A program made the translations under genes and the position numbers. Shown here in pieces: positions 40,567-56,362 of a DNA stretch of 64,000 bases. The notes beneath the pieces were generated by a model. That model made no database searches. It worked only from the letters and a program-made list of their open reading frames with translations, and was not told where the DNA came from. The DNA is from Eledone cirrhosa (Eukaryota): positions 41,540,001 through 41,604,000 of the forward strand of contig OZ024751.1 in the NCBI GenBank assembly GCA_964016885.1. The letters run 5' to 3'. Position 1 is the stretch's first letter, and every line of letters begins with the position of its first letter.

Positions 40567-40610
40567 AATAAACGAAGCTATATTTTAATCATTTGACTTT
40601 TATTTAACTT

Positions 40611-40672
<62 letters not shown>

Positions 40673-40673
<1 letters not shown>

Positions 40674-40868
40674 ATATAAAGAAAAAAAGCTGAAATCGAA
40701 AATGCAACTGCGAAACCGGTAAAGGAACCAAATAAATATATATATTTAAAAAAAAATAAGACTCCAGTTGCATTTTTTTCGATTTTAGCTTTTTTTTCTT
40801 TATACTTTCACTCGGTTAGTTTTCATTTTGTAAAAAAAACCTCACTTTCTAATATATCTTTCTAATTC
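40673..40868 (+). mobile_element. Short fold-back element retaining only the 3' half of a hammerhead
   Basis: Arms ~40675-40710 and ~40765-40806; the loop begins CGAAA-CCGG-TA. Confidence 0.6.
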
Positions 40869-40989
40869 ATATATATATATATATGTGTGTGTGTGTATAT
40901 ATATATATATATACGTGTGTGTGTGTGTATGTATGTCTTTTCACCACTCACCCTCACACCCTCGGAACTCTTTTCCTTCCTACTTTTTT

Positions 40990-41020
40990 TCCCTATGAAG
41001 GGCTTATGCCCGAAACGTCG
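40990..41020 (+). ncRNA. Decayed minimal hammerhead
   Basis: CCTATGA-AGGGC TTAT GCCC-GAAA-CG-TC; the first core box is mutated. Confidence 0.5.
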
Positions 41021-41107
41021 TCCTCCACCCCACTCTCAAAAACAATAACGAAGAGTGCAGTACAAAGTGTTAGTATTAGGTTCACACCTAATAACGCATC
41101 ATATAAA

Positions 41108-41699
41108 TATGAGGATCGGCTGAAAAGTTCATAGGATGACTATAAAAGAGTTATGCACTCATTAATTTCAGCTCTCTTTATTAATAACTGCATTGTTACT
41201 GTCCGGGAACTATATTGAAAAATAAACCTCATTGGTCATTCCATAAGAGTATCTTTGTCAGCCTATGAACCTTTCAGCCTATGAATCTTTCAGCCTATGA
41301 AACTTTCAGCTTATGAACCTTTCAGCCTATGAATCTTTCAGCCTATGAAACTTTCAGCTTATGAACCGTTCAGCCTATGAACTTTTCAGCCTATGAACCT
41401 TTTAGCCTATGAAACTTTCACTCTATGAAACTTTCACCCTATGAACCTTTTAGCCTATGAAACTTTCAGCTTATGAACCGTTCAGCCTATGAACTTTTCA
41501 GCCTATGAACCTTTTAGCCTATGAAACTTTCACCCTATGAAACTTCCAGCCTATGAACCTTTGCCGATGAAACTTTCACCCTATGAAACTTCCAGCCTAT
41601 GAACCTTTGCCGATGAAACTTTCACCCTATGAAACTTCCAGCCTATGAACCTTTGCCGATGAAACTTTCAGCGTATGCACATTTCAGCTGACCCTCGTA
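41108..41699 (+). mobile_element. Tc1/mariner-type MITE with an amplified right TIR
   Basis: TA-TGAGGATCGGCTGAAAAGTTCATAGG ... TTTCAGCTGACCCTCG-TA. Confidence 0.8.
41258..41688. repeat. 16-bp minisatellite (CAGCCTATGAACCTTT) x ~26
   Basis: Period 16, with higher-order variants including a ~46-bp trimer repeated three times near the end. Confidence 0.92.
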
Positions 41700-42037
41700 A
41701 ATTTTAGAAGATCTAAAATATAAAAATAAAATTTGCGATGTGTTTTATAGTAACATGTTTATATTACACACTTCCATCTTTAAATTTAAGCAGGTTCAAA
41801 CGTCCGCTTTACTGAGAGCCTAGTGGCAAGCTCAAAACACCTGTTACCGAACGATGGATTAAGGAGCGCTAAAAAAAATAAATAAGATTAAAATAACAAC
41901 TCACGTTTGTTCCTAGGGTTTGATAATTAAAACTAGCACAACAATGAAATGCAGGGTGGTCTACAATTTAGTATATTTAACAATTTTAAATTTTGATTTA
42001 GTAATTTCTTGTGGTTGTTAATGCTTTCTAGTAATTG

Positions 42038-42179
<142 letters not shown>

Positions 42180-42513
42180 GTACGTATATATATATATATA
42201 TATATATATTTGAATATAAACAATTTCGTAAAGTTTCTGAAACTGAGGACTTAGTTTATTTTAATATCAACAAACCTTTCTTGGTAGGGACATTCAAGAC
42301 GCTGCATCATTGGCGTAGGATGTGTAGGCTATGAGAGAAATGATGATGGGTGAGAATGAACGTAGGAGAGAGTCTGCCTAAGCTAAATGTAACATCTGAT
42401 TTATAAACTAAACAAAACTGACAGGCGTTGAAACAGAAAAAAAGCATACGCATACACATCTACATTATATATATATACATATGTATATATAAATATACAT
42501 ATATATATATATG

Positions 42514-42560
<47 letters not shown>

Positions 42561-42634
42561 CTGTATTAGATTTGCATACAGAGAGAATTAGATATTTACA
42601 TATATTATGTACCAATACATATATATGCGTGCAT

Positions 42635-42696
<62 letters not shown>

Positions 42697-42715
42697 ATAT
42701 ATATTTATATATATA

Positions 42716-42768
<53 letters not shown>

Positions 42769-42785
42769 TTATATATATATATATT

Positions 42786-43012
<227 letters not shown>

Positions 43013-43057
43013 GTATATATTTATATATGTATATATTTATATATACATATATTTATA

Positions 43058-43143
<86 letters not shown>

Positions 43144-43455
43144 GACATATATACGTATGTATACACATTCTCCCACTATAGCCTCTCCCACTAATTGCAA
43201 CTGCCAAACGTTAAATGATAAGAATCTAGTGTATATTAAGGTGGATCGTAAAAATTAGTTATAAGTCAGCCAACTCACACGAGATCTTATCAAAGAATCG
43301 CTACTACCCTACCACCATTACAATAACTCTGCCTCCAGCCGTCGACTCGATTACACTTTCTTTTAAACCATCTTCTGATTATCTTTCTCTCTCTATATAT
43401 ATGCTTATATTTATGTGTTTAATACTATTTCTCCTATGTTTGATTATTACTGTTT

Positions 43456-43522
<67 letters not shown>

Positions 43523-44669
43523 CATTCACACATACATACATACATACATACATACATACATACATACATACATACATACGTGCGTACTACTTTCCATAAT
43601 GTGTTTTATAGCGAGGAATTAAAAAAAAATGCATCATTGCCGTGACCATCCACACCAGGATCGAGTCCTCTTTGTTCTCTTCTTTTCATTCTCTCAGAAT
43701 TGGCTACGCCGCCCTGGGGGAGTGTCGTAGACGGTTACACATAATGGCCGCAATAGCAGATAGGACAGAATCAGATTTACATAATGATATAAAAAAAAAC
43801 CCTCCAGAGTGTTTCGAAGTGTTGTACACACACACACCAAGATTTGTCACTTGCAATTTTTGAATGGTTTGTTTACAAAGTCGATGGAATTTGATAGTGT
43901 ATTAAGGCTTTAGGTTTAGCTTGTGTTTCTCTATTGAATACTATAATTTATTTTGTGTTTTTGTGCCCTATTACACTCCCCCTCTCCCTTGATAGTCATA
44001 TATGCTTCATGTTAAATTTTTGCAATGTGAATGCCGTGTACAATAAAATTGTATAGTTCTATAAAGGTAATTTTTAACCTTTATTATTACTATGATATAG
44101 TGAATTTATATTATCTATTTTGGTGCTGTGTATTTTCTATGAAATGCATGTGTTTATGGTATATTGTTTGTATCTATTGCCTTCGTTGCTGTTGTTGTTC
44201 CTGTTGTTGTTGTTGTAAGACCATTGATGCAGCTGAGGAATTTCATAGTCATAAAATATCGGAGCTTTTGCTTTTTCAATGTTTCGGCTGCCATGGGTTT
44301 TTCTCTTAATTGTTTATGAGAGCCGAATGTGTTGTCTAAATAATAGATAGCATCTATTTACTTCTGATAAGTATCTGAAACGGATTAATTCTGTTTGCAT
44401 ACATATTAGAAATGTTTCGCCATTATATAATGTTACCCACTTTAGTGTCAAACAGAAATACAAATAAGAGACTATTGTAATTTGCTTGAAACATTGAAAC
44501 ATTGTGTAAATGTAGAAAATAAAATAAGAGGTTTACTAGAAGGCTATGATAACTTAAATTTCCGTTGTGGTGGATATCTAGTAATAATAATTGGCTGAAC
44601 GAACTGGCTTGCAGCGCACGAGTGAAGAGATGAGATGAAGAGATTTCTAATAAAACACTATTTCCTAAA

Positions 44670-45230
44670 AATGATTTTTAACCTTGGTTTTTTCGAGGAG
44701 GAGGGGGGGGGGGGACTGTCAATCATATCGACCCCAGTATTTGACTGGTACTTTATTGTATTCATCTTAGGAGGATGAAAGGCAAAGTTTTTCTCGGCGT
44801 GATTTGAAGAGCAGTAACAAATGCCTCCAAAGCATTTGTCCAATGCTCTACCGATTCTACCAAACCACCGCCCTGTGGAGGTTTATAATAAACAGTAGCA
44901 AAAATTGAAACAAAAGAGTTTGTAGTAAACCTCGGAAATACAGTTGACCTCTGTGTGATTTGAACTCAGAATCTAAAGAGTAGTAATAAATGCCACTAAG
45001 CATTTGTCCGATGCTCTACCGATTCTACCAAATCACCGCTCTATGGAGGTTTATAATAAACAGTAGCAAGAATTGAAACAAGAGTTACATAGAAAGATTA
45101 CACACGAGGAAATATAGCAAACCTCAGAAATACACCTGACCTCGGCGAGATTTGAACACAGAATATAAAGCTTAGGAACAAATGTAGCAACGCATTTTAG
45201 CCAACTCTCTAACGACTCTGCCAACCCACT
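44670..45230 (-). mobile_element. Diverged SINE fragments with a local duplication
   Basis: GCATTTGTCC.ATGCTCTACCGATTCTACCAAA...GGAGGTTTATAATAAACAGTAGCAA at ~44831 and ~45000. Confidence 0.7.
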
Positions 45231-45382
45231 AGTATCGACAGTATTTTCTAAAAAATACAAATAAATGGTTTATTGGTTAATTTATTGTGAAATTTCTTGC
45301 AGATTATATTGTATTTTGTTGAATATAGCTGCTGTATATATATACATATATATGTGTGTGGTGGGGGGGGGGGGGGGGGGGG

Positions 45383-45432
<50 letters not shown>

Positions 45433-46016
45433 GTGTGTGTTCTGTGGTTTGAGAAGAGTTGTACTGCTTTTAACCTTTTGTAGTATGTATAATGTAGATA
45501 TTATGTTGCATTTGCATGTCTGATACATGTCATTTATTCTGTTTCCTCAGAGACCCATTCTAATCTCTTTCATTTCTTCTTGAAATATTTTCCAGTTTAC
45601 TTTCACATGAAGAAAGCTTAGATTTCACCAGTCTCTGCATCTCGGTTTAATTGAGCTGTATTCTAGATATCAAGTACAGACACATGCACACTCCAAAGTT
45701 GAAACTATACAAGGAAAATCCCAGAACACTATATCATTGTATCTAAACCCATTGTTAAAGATAGGTTTCATATTATTGTTTGGGCACCGGTGAATCTTAC
45801 ATTTGGAGAGTTCATCGTGAATTTAACTGTTTGAGAAGTCAACTTATCAATTCTCTACAATAACGATAACATTATAATTGGTTTCACTGTATTTTACAGA
45901 CAGGTTGGTGTGAATTCCTCTACTGAATCAGAACACATTACAATGCTCCATCAAAACGCAATGTCATATGCACAATTAATATTGCATTACACAGTATATA
46001 TATATATATATATATA

Positions 46017-46283
46017 TATAAACGTTTGAATATGTGTAATAAAGCCAAAACAATGCAGGTATGAACATAGAAAAAAGAATGCAATTGTAAAAGATATTGT
46101 TGACAATTCGTCCTTTACCTTGAATTTATATAATAAATTCAAGGTAAAGGACGAATTGTCAACAATATCTTTTACAATTGCATTCTTTTTTCTATGTCCA
46201 TACCTGCATTGTTTTGGCTTTATTACACATATTCAAACGTTTATACCTCATTACACAATGCTTCAAGTGAACTATAACCTCCT

Positions 46284-46287
<4 letters not shown>
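46017..46287 (+). mobile_element. Fold-back element in (TA)n, ~112-bp arms
   Basis: Arms ~46017-46128 and ~46133-46246, ~41-bp tail. Confidence 0.85.
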
Positions 46288-46333
<46 letters not shown>

Positions 46334-46337
<4 letters not shown>

Positions 46338-46685
46338 AGTGAACAACATAAAATATAACTACTCCATTACCAATTACCAAAGGTTTCTGGATCACATTCG
46401 ATAATGATTATACGACTGGATCGATCGTCAGACAGCGATGTTATAGATAAAAATATTTTATATCTTTTTATCTATAACAACTATAACATCTCAGTTTCAT
46501 ATCTTTTAATCTATAACATCTCTGTCTGACGAACGATCCAGACATATATTATTATCGTCTGTGATCCAGAAACCTTTGGTAATGGAGTAGTTTATATTTT
46601 GTGTTGTTCACTTTCTAATTAAATAGCTCTGTTCTATACATAGAGCACTCTTTTTTTCATTTGCCTTTCCTTCGGAATTACCTAA
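46334..46685 (+). mobile_element. Fold-back element with a long-stem-II hammerhead
   Basis: Arms ~46334-46450 and ~46505-46618. HHR at 46520-46587: CTCTGT-CTGACGA-(GATC CAGAC..GTCTG T GATC)-GAAA-CC TTT GG-TA-ATGGAG. Confidence 0.72.
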
Positions 46686-47375
46686 CACACACACACTCAC
46701 ATATATATATATATAGTATTAAGGATACTATTTACCTCTATATATATATATATATATATATTTAATCTATCTAAGATCCTTTTAAAATATGTGCTGTTCA
46801 TTGAATGAGTCTGAGGCTGTCGTAGTTGGTTTAGTATTAAAAGGTTAATGGTTTTGATCTTGTTGTAAAACCAGATGCCAGGAGCATGCTCGCTGATGTA
46901 CTTTCTATGTGTAGCCAAAGAAAAGTGACCAATTAGATAATGCAAGCCTACCATTTTAGATATAAGTGAGATATTTGGGAAGAAAGCCATACACAGACTT
47001 GTGGGGCTGTGGGCTGTGGGATATGAGCTGTTGTATGTCATCGGTTAAAGCCGTTTGTTTCCGTGGTTACCATGGATACCGTGAATTGTTTGGAAGAGGT
47101 CACTCAATAACCAACATTCCACAATATGTTAGTCAGTTGTTTCTTTAAAGCCTACTAACTTCTTTAAAGACGCCATGTGTCCCTGGAACATCCACAACAT
47201 ATTCAATGCATGCCAAGATGCGATGTTAGAAAAGTGATTTTTTTCCCTTTTTTACTCTGATTTTTTCTTGCTTTCTTCTTTCTTTCTTTTTTTCATTTCC
47301 GTTTTCTTACTGACTCACTTTTCTCAGGCTTCCTTTCACTTCTGTCAATCATCTTTAGCTCTGATTTCTAGCTGC

Positions 47376-47449
<74 letters not shown>

Positions 47450-47564
47450 ATAGCTAGCTAGCTACCTAAAAGAAATATATATATATATATATTGATAGAT
47501 AGCTACCTAAAGAAATATATATATATATATATATATATGCCTATATAAGGAACCATTATATATA

Positions 47565-48030
47565 TATTGCTATGCTTTGGGATGGTCATGTTGCCAATAA
47601 GAAACACACTCTCCAGATACTTTCACTTCAATTTATTATAAATTAAATTTATAAATTTCCGGTTGGTTGGTTGGTTCCACAACCAGACGATTGTTCATAT
47701 ATTGTCAAAAACATTGAAAAAACAAGATGGCGTAGGACTGAACAAAGGAGAGACACAAAACAAAGAAAAGAATCCCCAGTCACTGAAGAGGTCACAGAAT
47801 GTGTGACGAAAGAACTTTGATAATATATGAACAATCGTCTGGTTGTGGAACCAACCAACCGGAAATTTATAAATTCCTAAATTTATAAATTTAATTTATA
47901 ATAAAATGGAGTGAAAGCAACTGGTGCGTGTGTTTCTCATTGGCAACATGACCCTCCCAAAGTATAACAATACCGGTTTCAACACACGTTTTTTAGATAA
48001 AGGATCTTGCTAAACAAATTCACAAACGAT
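47565..48030 (+). mobile_element. Fold-back PLE-like stub with a hammerhead in the loop
   Basis: Arms ~47565-47708 and ~47816-47972, tail to ~48030. HHR at 47779-47821: TCA-CTGAAGA-G GTCACA GAATG TGTGAC-GAAA-GAAC-TT-TGA. Confidence 0.82.
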
Positions 48031-48035
48031 ATATA

Positions 48036-48125
<90 letters not shown>

Positions 48126-48183
48126 CATACATACATACATACATACATACATACATACATACATACATACATACATACATACA

Positions 48184-48219
<36 letters not shown>

Positions 48220-48224
48220 TATGT

Positions 48225-48413
48225 ATAATGGTTTCTTATATAGACACAAGGCCAGTAATTCTTGGGTGAGGCGAAAGTCGATTAAATCGACCCCAGTGCG
48301 GGACTGGTACTATGTCGACCCTGTAAGGATGAAAAGCAAAGTTAACCTCGGCGGGATTTGAACTCAGATTATAAAGGGCCGTAACAAAGCATGGCGTCCG
48401 ACCCTCTACCGAT
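48225..48413 (-). mobile_element. SINE main family
   Basis: Core and tail match. Confidence 0.8.
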
Positions 48414-48443
48414 AGCTAGCTACCTAAAAGAAATATATATGAA

Positions 48444-48525
<82 letters not shown>

Positions 48526-48540
48526 TGTATATATATATAT

Positions 48541-48690
<150 letters not shown>

Positions 48691-48700
48691 CATATATATG

Positions 48701-48734
<34 letters not shown>

Positions 48735-48736
48735 CA

Positions 48737-49249
48737 TTATGAAGAGAGAAGAAACATTAGATATAATTAGTAATAAAATGTATCATACCTAAACTGCTCC
48801 TAAATTCCTCGACTACGTAGTTTCGTGGCATAAACAAAAACAATATATCATAAAGATATAGAGTCCTTGCGAGGTCTGCCGACTTATCAAGAGGATACCT
48901 CATTTTACTAGTCTCAAGAACGCGTCTACACGACGTGAGAAAGAATCCCAAAAGGCGGAGGGGGAGATAGTCACGCGATATAACGGTCGAGAAACAGAGC
49001 TAAGCCTCTTATAACCCCGAAGAAAATATCACGGAGGCGGAGGGGGTATTTATATCGAGGCCGTAGAAGAGGTGGTGAAGAAGGCGAGAAGTATGAGTAA
49101 TGGAAGCTTTCCGGCTGTCCCCACACTTCAAAGATTGCTCGACCAGAGGGAGACACAGATACATGCGGACACACACATATATACATGAATGCATCCGCAC
49201 CCAACTGTGAGTTAAGGGTGCCAACTTCACCGATGTTGCTCAATGAATG
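48737..49249 (-). mobile_element. (TA)n-embedded ~510-bp insert with an extended-stem-II hammerhead
   Basis: 48807-48894 minus: CCTC-TTGATAA-GTCGGCA...TGCCAC-GAAA-CTACGTAG-TC-GAGG. Confidence 0.6.
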
Positions 49250-49371
<122 letters not shown>

Positions 49372-49377
49372 GATATA

Positions 49378-49440
<63 letters not shown>

Positions 49441-49450
49441 ATATATATAC

Positions 49451-49515
<65 letters not shown>

Positions 49516-49520
49516 CATAC

Positions 49521-49573
<53 letters not shown>

Positions 49574-49574
49574 G

Positions 49575-49837
<263 letters not shown>

Positions 49838-49889
49838 CACATATATATATATATACACACATATATATATATATACATACATATTGTAT

Positions 49890-50193
49890 ATATTGGTATT
49901 GCAATAGCCTGGGATTCAAGGGCCCTCAACTCTTCAACAGGCTGCCGAGGCATCTGAGAGACTTGCATGACGTGGAGGTGGATGTCTTTAAGAAACATCT
50001 CGACACCTTGTTATCCAGGATCCCGGATGAGCCCACAGCAAGACACGAGGGAAACCTAAGGGCAGCAGCAACAAACTCCCTCCTACACCAGTGGCCAACC
50101 TATACAGGCTGGAGATAAAATGTGTAGCAACAAGGGCGGTGCCCCAGCATGGCCTCAGCCGGATGGCTGAAACAGGTAAAAGAGTAAAAGAGA
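49890..50193 (+). mobile_element. CR1/L2-group LINE 3' end
   Basis: [44 protein letters not shown]...stop, short 3' UTR, (GTAAAAGA)n tail. Confidence 0.75.
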
Positions 50194-50219
50194 ATATATA
50201 TATATATGTATATATATAT

Positions 50220-50338
<119 letters not shown>

Positions 50339-50339
50339 C

Positions 50340-50394
<55 letters not shown>

Positions 50395-50395
50395 A

Positions 50396-50714
<319 letters not shown>

Positions 50715-50755
50715 CATATATATATATATATACATACATATATATATATATATAC

Positions 50756-50797
<42 letters not shown>

Positions 50798-50809
50798 GTA
50801 TATATATAT

Positions 50810-50950
<141 letters not shown>

Positions 50951-51083
50951 GTTGTTGTTTGTAACTTTCACTGTTCTTTGTGATTAGAAAAAGCGGGAAA
51001 TTTTTGATAGTGTAAATAGTGAAGCGGATGTTGTTATTGCTGCTGCTACTGTCATTGTTGTTGTTGTTATTGTTGTTATTGTT

Positions 51084-51114
<31 letters not shown>

Positions 51115-51400
51115 TTGTTCTTCTCCTTCTTCTTTCCGCCCAACCTTGGTGCTGTTCATGTTAGGGCCACCCTTCCGCTCTTCACCTCAATGTTGCGAGT
51201 TATCAGAGCTAACACACACACACACACAAACACACACACATACAAACACAGACACACACGCACACAGACACACACACAAACACACAAACACACACACACA
51301 CACACACACAAAGACACACAAAGACACACAAAGACACACACAAACACGCACACATACAAACACATAAACACACACACACAGACACACAAATACACACACA

Positions 51401-51441
<41 letters not shown>

Positions 51442-51819
51442 ACACACACACACACACACACTTGCTACTATAGCTTGAATAAAACCACAGTTTTCCCTTT
51501 AGCAAACAAGACTTTGAAGAAAAAGGGCCACCTCTATGTTACCCTGTTTTCCACAAACCCCTCCCTATTCAAACATCGAATCTGATATCATTTGAAATAT
51601 AAATATTTGTCCCTGAGTGAATCCATCTAGCTTAGTGGTTAGGGTGTTCGGCTGCTTCAGGACTAAATACCACTGAATTGTGCAGATATTTACAATAAGA
51701 ACATATACACTCACACAGACAGATACAGATACATACAAACACATGCACACACACACACACACATACATACAAGCACGCTAACATAAACATACATGGGTAC
51801 GCAACCAATTACTCTGAAG

Positions 51820-51898
<79 letters not shown>

Positions 51899-51929
51899 CA
51901 CACACGTGCTCACACACAGACACATACAC

Positions 51930-52001
<72 letters not shown>

Positions 52002-52087
52002 ATTTATTTCATCGCCGATAACCTTGTGAAAAGCAGGTGAAACTCCAGATTAACAAGATTCACTATTTAGCCTCAATAAAATGAACG

Positions 52088-52242
<155 letters not shown>

Positions 52243-52345
52243 TATACACAATATATATATATAATATATAATATATATATATATATACAACACAATATAT
52301 ATATATATAATATATAATATATATATATATATATTTATATATATA

Positions 52346-52445
<100 letters not shown>

Positions 52446-52495
52446 ATATATATATATACAATATATATATATATATATACAATATATATATATAT

Positions 52496-52529
<34 letters not shown>

Positions 52530-52976
52530 ATATATATATATACACAATATATATATATATATATAATATATATATATAATATATATAGATATATATATAT
52601 ACACAATATATATATATATAAATATACATATATATAATATAATATATATACGTACACAAATACGCACAACAAATTCTAATTCATAGACACACACATAGAT
52701 CTGTATAAGCTATATTCTCCTGTACACAATATTAAGTGTCAGTTAATACGAAACAATGTATTCCAGTTGAACATTCTCGTCTGCTTCCCTGTGAGGTTTG
52801 CGATTGGCTTCAGTTTATCATATTTCACTTAGTAACTATAGAAGCAATTAACTGGCCATTCCAGCTTCTTATTTAGATTAATTTAGTTTTTGATACGATA
52901 CCGCTTAGTATCTACTTCATTGCAGCTAATGCTGTAACAAAATTTATTTACACTCTTTATCGAAAGGCATATTTAG

Positions 52977-53044
<68 letters not shown>

Positions 53045-53187
53045 ATATTTGTGTGTGTATATGTATTCGTGCGTTTGTGTGTGTGTGTATATATATTTGT
53101 TCCCGTTCCATTTACCACTATATATATGTATATATATATATATATATGCATATATATATATATGTGTATGTATCATATGTATGTATG

Positions 53188-53236
<49 letters not shown>

Positions 53237-53506
53237 ATATATATATATATATATGTATGTATATATATATATATATGTATGTATATATATATATATATTT
53301 ATGTATGTATATATATATATATTTATGTATATATATATATATATATATACATAAATATATATATATATACATACATATATATATATATATATATACATAC
53401 ATATATATATGTATTCATATATATAAAAAATATATATATGTATATATATATATGTATATGTATATATATATATGTATATATATATGTACATACACACACA
53501 CGCACT

Positions 53507-53577
<71 letters not shown>

Positions 53578-54332
53578 GAAAAAGGAAAGGGAAAGAAGAA
53601 AAAGAAAAAAAGAAAGAGAGAGGGAGGGGAGGAAAGGAGAGATTCAACACAGGAGTAGTCTAAGTAATAATCCGGCTGTGCCCTGCAGACAGAATAGCGA
53701 AGACATTAACACCGGAAAATGGCCAGCGAAACCCGTTTCAACTGCCACCTTGCCTCACGGGTCTGTGCACCTCCAGGCGGGGTTGCTGTCTTTCCAATTT
53801 TGCAGAGTCTGATTTACATACAAATTGTGTATATATTATGTATGTATACGGTGGCGTCTGTATATCCTCCCCCAAAATGATTTTTGTTTTGTTTTGTCTG
53901 TGTTTATTTTTATTTGCTTTTATTGCCTTGCCCGAACGCCGAATAGCAAGAAACAGCAAAAAGAAAACCGCCAAAGAAACATCGCCATTATCATAAATTG
54001 TTAATAAAATATATACCACATTACTGTGTTTATTCTCGTTCTATATGCTGTAAGTTCAAGTACCAGTGAACGACTGGTGTCGTTTTAATCTCAAATTGCT
54101 GGCCTTGTGCCCAAATGAGCAACAATTGTTATTACTATTGTCATTACGCTTAGCGGTATGTGTTCTCGCCCTTTACGTCCTGATTTCAAATCTCGCCAAG
54201 GTTATCTTTGGTTTTTTTATCCTTACATAGTCGGTAAAATAAAAACCAGTAATGCACTGGTATTGGTTTAATAGAGTTCTCTCCTCCCATACTAAAAAAC
54301 TCTCATGGGTTGCGTGAGATCTTTTATAAATC

Positions 54333-54895
54333 TCGACCAATTAAATCTTTCCGCACTGTTTCATAACCACCAGTTAGACCAGTATCATTAAATCTTGTCC
54401 ACTGTTTTGTAGCCACTAATTAGACCAGTATCACTAAATCTTGTCCACTGTTTCGTATTCGTTAGTTAGACCAGTATCACTAAATCTTGTCCACTGTTTC
54501 GTAGTCGTTAGTTAGACCATTATCACTAAATCTTGTCCACTGTTTCGTAGTCACCAGTTAGACCAGTATCACTAAATCTTGTCCACTGTTTTGTAACCAC
54601 CAGTTAGACCAGTATCACTAAATCTTGTCCACTGTTTTGTAACCACCAGTTAGACCAGTATTACTAAATCTTGTCCACTGTTTTGTAGCCACTAATTAGA
54701 CCAGTATCACTAAATCTTGTCCACTGTTTTGTAACCACCAGTTAGAACAGTATCACTAAATCTTGTCCACCGTCTTGTAGCCACTAATTAGACCAGTATC
54801 ACTAAATCCTGACCACTGTTTCCTAGTCGTTAGTTACACCTACACCAATCAAATCTTTCCCACTTTTTTGTAGCTACCACTTAGAGCTGTATCAC
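54333..54895. repeat. 46-bp minisatellite, ~12 copies
   Basis: AGACCAGTATCA at 54376, 54422, 54468 and onward. Confidence 0.93.
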
Positions 54896-55099
54896 TTCAT
54901 TTAGGTTGGCTGTTAATAATCTTTGAAACTGCATTAACCTTTCACTTTCACCGTTCCCTTTTTCTTTTCGCCAACCCTAACCCTAGAACTGAGATTAGAA
55001 ACTTCTATTAGTAGCAACTATTTTTATCTCTCACACCCAGACATATATCATGTGTGATTTGTCAACACCACTTATGGTGTTTCTTAGAGATTTTACCTC

Positions 55100-55457
55100 G
55101 TCTCTCTACCATTTCTCTTTCGCTCTCATTCTATCTCGTTCTCACTCTCTTACTCTCGCTCACTCACGCTCTCTCTCTCTCTCTCCCCCTCTCTCTCTCT
55201 CTCTCTCTCTGTCTCTTGCTCTTTCGTTCTCTCTCTTTCTCTCTCTTTCTCTCTCTCTCTCTCTCTATCTATCTAGATAGAAAGATAGATAGCTATTTAT
55301 CTGTCTATCTATTTCTATCTCGCTCTTTCGTGCTCTCTCTCATTCTATATCGTTCTCTCTCTCTCTCTCTCTCGCTCTCTCTCCCTCTTGCTCTCTTTCT
55401 TTCTTTCTTTCTTACTTGCTCGCTTCCTCACGCCCGCTTGCTCTCTCTCTCTCTCTC

Positions 55458-55530
<73 letters not shown>

Positions 55531-55962
55531 GTCTCTCTCTCACTCTATCTCGCTCCTTTGTTCTCGTTCTCTCACTCACCTTCTCTCTCATTCTCCCTCT
55601 CTCTCATTCGCTCCCTCTCTCTCTCTCGCTATGTCTCTCTCTCTCTCTATTATTACCAGCCCATTGCAACTATTACGTCAATTGATTCCGTTCTTTACAA
55701 AAGATTGTCTGTATTTAAAGACTTCAAGAATCACGTTAAATATTGCCCCCCCCCCCTCACACACACTTTCCCACTCTCTTCCTCCTCTCTCTCTCTTACT
55801 CTTCTCTTTTCTCTTTTACTCTCATTCTATCTCTTTTCTTACCTTTCATTTTCTCCCTCTCTCAGCATGCATCATTTTCTACACCATTTCTCTCCCACCT
55901 TTCCTCATCTATCTCTCAACACTCTCTCCCATTTATTTATCTATCTCTTTCATTCTCTGTCA

Positions 55963-56017
<55 letters not shown>

Positions 56018-56304
56018 ATTCCCTCTCTCTCTCTCTCTCTATCCCTCTCTCTCTCTTTACTCCCCCTCTCTATCCCCTCCCTCTCTCTCTCTCTCTCTCT
56101 CTCTTTACCCCCCTCGCTCTCTCTCTTTATCCCCCCTCTCTCTCTTTATACCCCTCTCTCTCTCTCTCTTTATACCCCTCTCTCTCTCTTTCTTTATACC
56201 TTTCTCTCTCTCTCTTTATCACCCCCCTCTCTCTCTTTATTACCTCTCTCTCGCCCTCTCTCTTTAGCCCCCCTCTCTTTATACCCCCCTCTCTCTCTCT
56301 CAAT

Positions 56305-56362
<58 letters not shown>
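55100..56362. repeat. (CT)n-rich polypyrimidine tract ending in (ATCT)n
   Basis: Read directly from the sequence. Confidence 0.9.

Noticed and set aside
45801-45854. 54-bp minus-strand exon candidate (RIDKLTSQTVKFTMNSPN)
   Set aside because: Isolated and short enough to arise by chance; could not be linked to other exons.
54333-54895. CRISPR-like look of the 46-bp array (also 10835-11105 and 41258-41688)
   Set aside because: The variable parts are short, related and recurring rather than unique spacers; the context is eukaryotic and no cas genes are present.
54972-54986. CCCTAA telomere-like repeat
   Set aside because: Only about two units.
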